In this document: positions 63,301-64,000 of the stretch, piece by piece
Numbering within the stretch: position 1 is the first letter of the stretch
Layout: each line of letters opens with the position of its first letter
The notes under the pieces: generated by a model
Seen by the model: only the letters and a program-made list of their open reading frames with translations
Told to the model about the DNA's origin: nothing
The model's database searches: none
Program-made: the position numbers and the translations under genes
From: Psilocybe cubensis
Taxonomy: Eukaryota
Assembly (NCBI GenBank): GCA_017499595.2
Contig: CM039002.1
Coordinates: 1,426,001 to 1,490,000 of the forward strand
Direction of reading: 5' to 3'
Length of the DNA stretch: 64,000 nucleotides

Positions 63301-64000
63301 TTTGTCATAGTGGCTGATGATGTAGCGGATCTATCACAGGCATTCAAATTCAGCATACAACCCTAATGCCCAGTCGTCCCGCTGCTTACTGTGGACGTCG
63401 CCATATCGGTGAGACCTTTTCTTGTTCAGGAGAAAGTTTAGGTTGACCGTCTGGATCGCTGAGAATGCCTAATAATTAGATAGCATAGAGCGAAAGGTAT
63501 GAAAATACACAAACGTAAAAATCGAGGATTGTGCCCCTTTGACCACAACTGGGTCCTCCCACAGGGGATAGAATAGACCATTGACATAACTCCCCTTCTT
63601 GAGTACATACGACTGCTCCTCTGGGATAATTTGAATCAGTGTACCTCTTAGCATATAGAAAACATACGAGGTGAGAAGTGATCAATTCCAATGGGGGTTA
63701 ATTTCATTTCGGAAACCGGTATGGTGAGGGTTTGTTCCGATATTGCAACTAAACCGCCTCTAGACTTTTCGACGAATCTTTTAATCTTTTCTGCCCTTTC
63801 GAGAGCTTTAGCAGCATTGGTCTTCCATTTCTGTTTGGTTTTATCATCAACCGCACTAGTTCGGCTAAGATGTAAGAAAGATTCTGCTGTTTTGATGTAC
63901 AATCCAAATGCTTGATCGTATTTCTTCGCAAACTCGGCTTTCGAAGCTTTAGACGATGTTGCCTAGAAAGGAAAAGATTAGTGGTTTGGAGAGTATCACG
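60308..64000 (-). CDS. palB: Calpain-like protease PalB/Rim13 (MIT + CysPc + C2-like domains), 5' end outside the window
   Basis: MIT-like AFGLYIKTAESF...ALERAEKIK, catalytic QHIVTDCSVCAS, LFNGAWRR, GGYDFPGSNS, PSHSYAV, GGNYTYSTFMANPQY, VPSTYNPG. Confidence 0.93.

Overview
Gene-dense, intron-rich fungal DNA, most likely from an agaricomycete (mushroom-forming basidiomycete). This is inferred from short ~50-60 nt introns, frequent micro-exons and gene families such as DUF6534, F-box/RNI-like and CYP5150-like P450. About 26 protein-coding genes can be reconstructed by hand. They include an HSP20-domain protein, Srs2/UvrD helicase, a divergent Ca2+/H+ exchanger, Ncs2, an AIG2-like GGCT, a metallophosphoesterase, a CCX-type cation/Ca2+ exchanger, paraoxonase, a Bqt4-like APSES protein, phosphofructokinase, Wss1, peroxisomal citrate synthase, a Git1-like MFS transporter, Sem1, a P450, eIF1A, a thaumatin-like/ricin-B fusion, Rit1 and PalB calpain. 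No tRNA, rRNA, CRISPR array, intact transposon or biosynthetic gene cluster was recognised, and I cannot support a clearly new multi-gene system. The best leads are gene-level oddities: (1) a secreted thaumatin-like + ricin-B fusion containing a perfect 22-nt internal repeat; (2) three GC-AG introns in SRS2, each with a frameshifting GT 4 nt downstream; (3) a start codon assembled by splicing; (4) a splice-dependent PTS1 on citrate synthase; (5) a CAX paralog with rewritten ion-binding motifs; (6) a PalB with an apparent Cys-His-Asp triad. All exon boundaries were read by eye and no database search was run.
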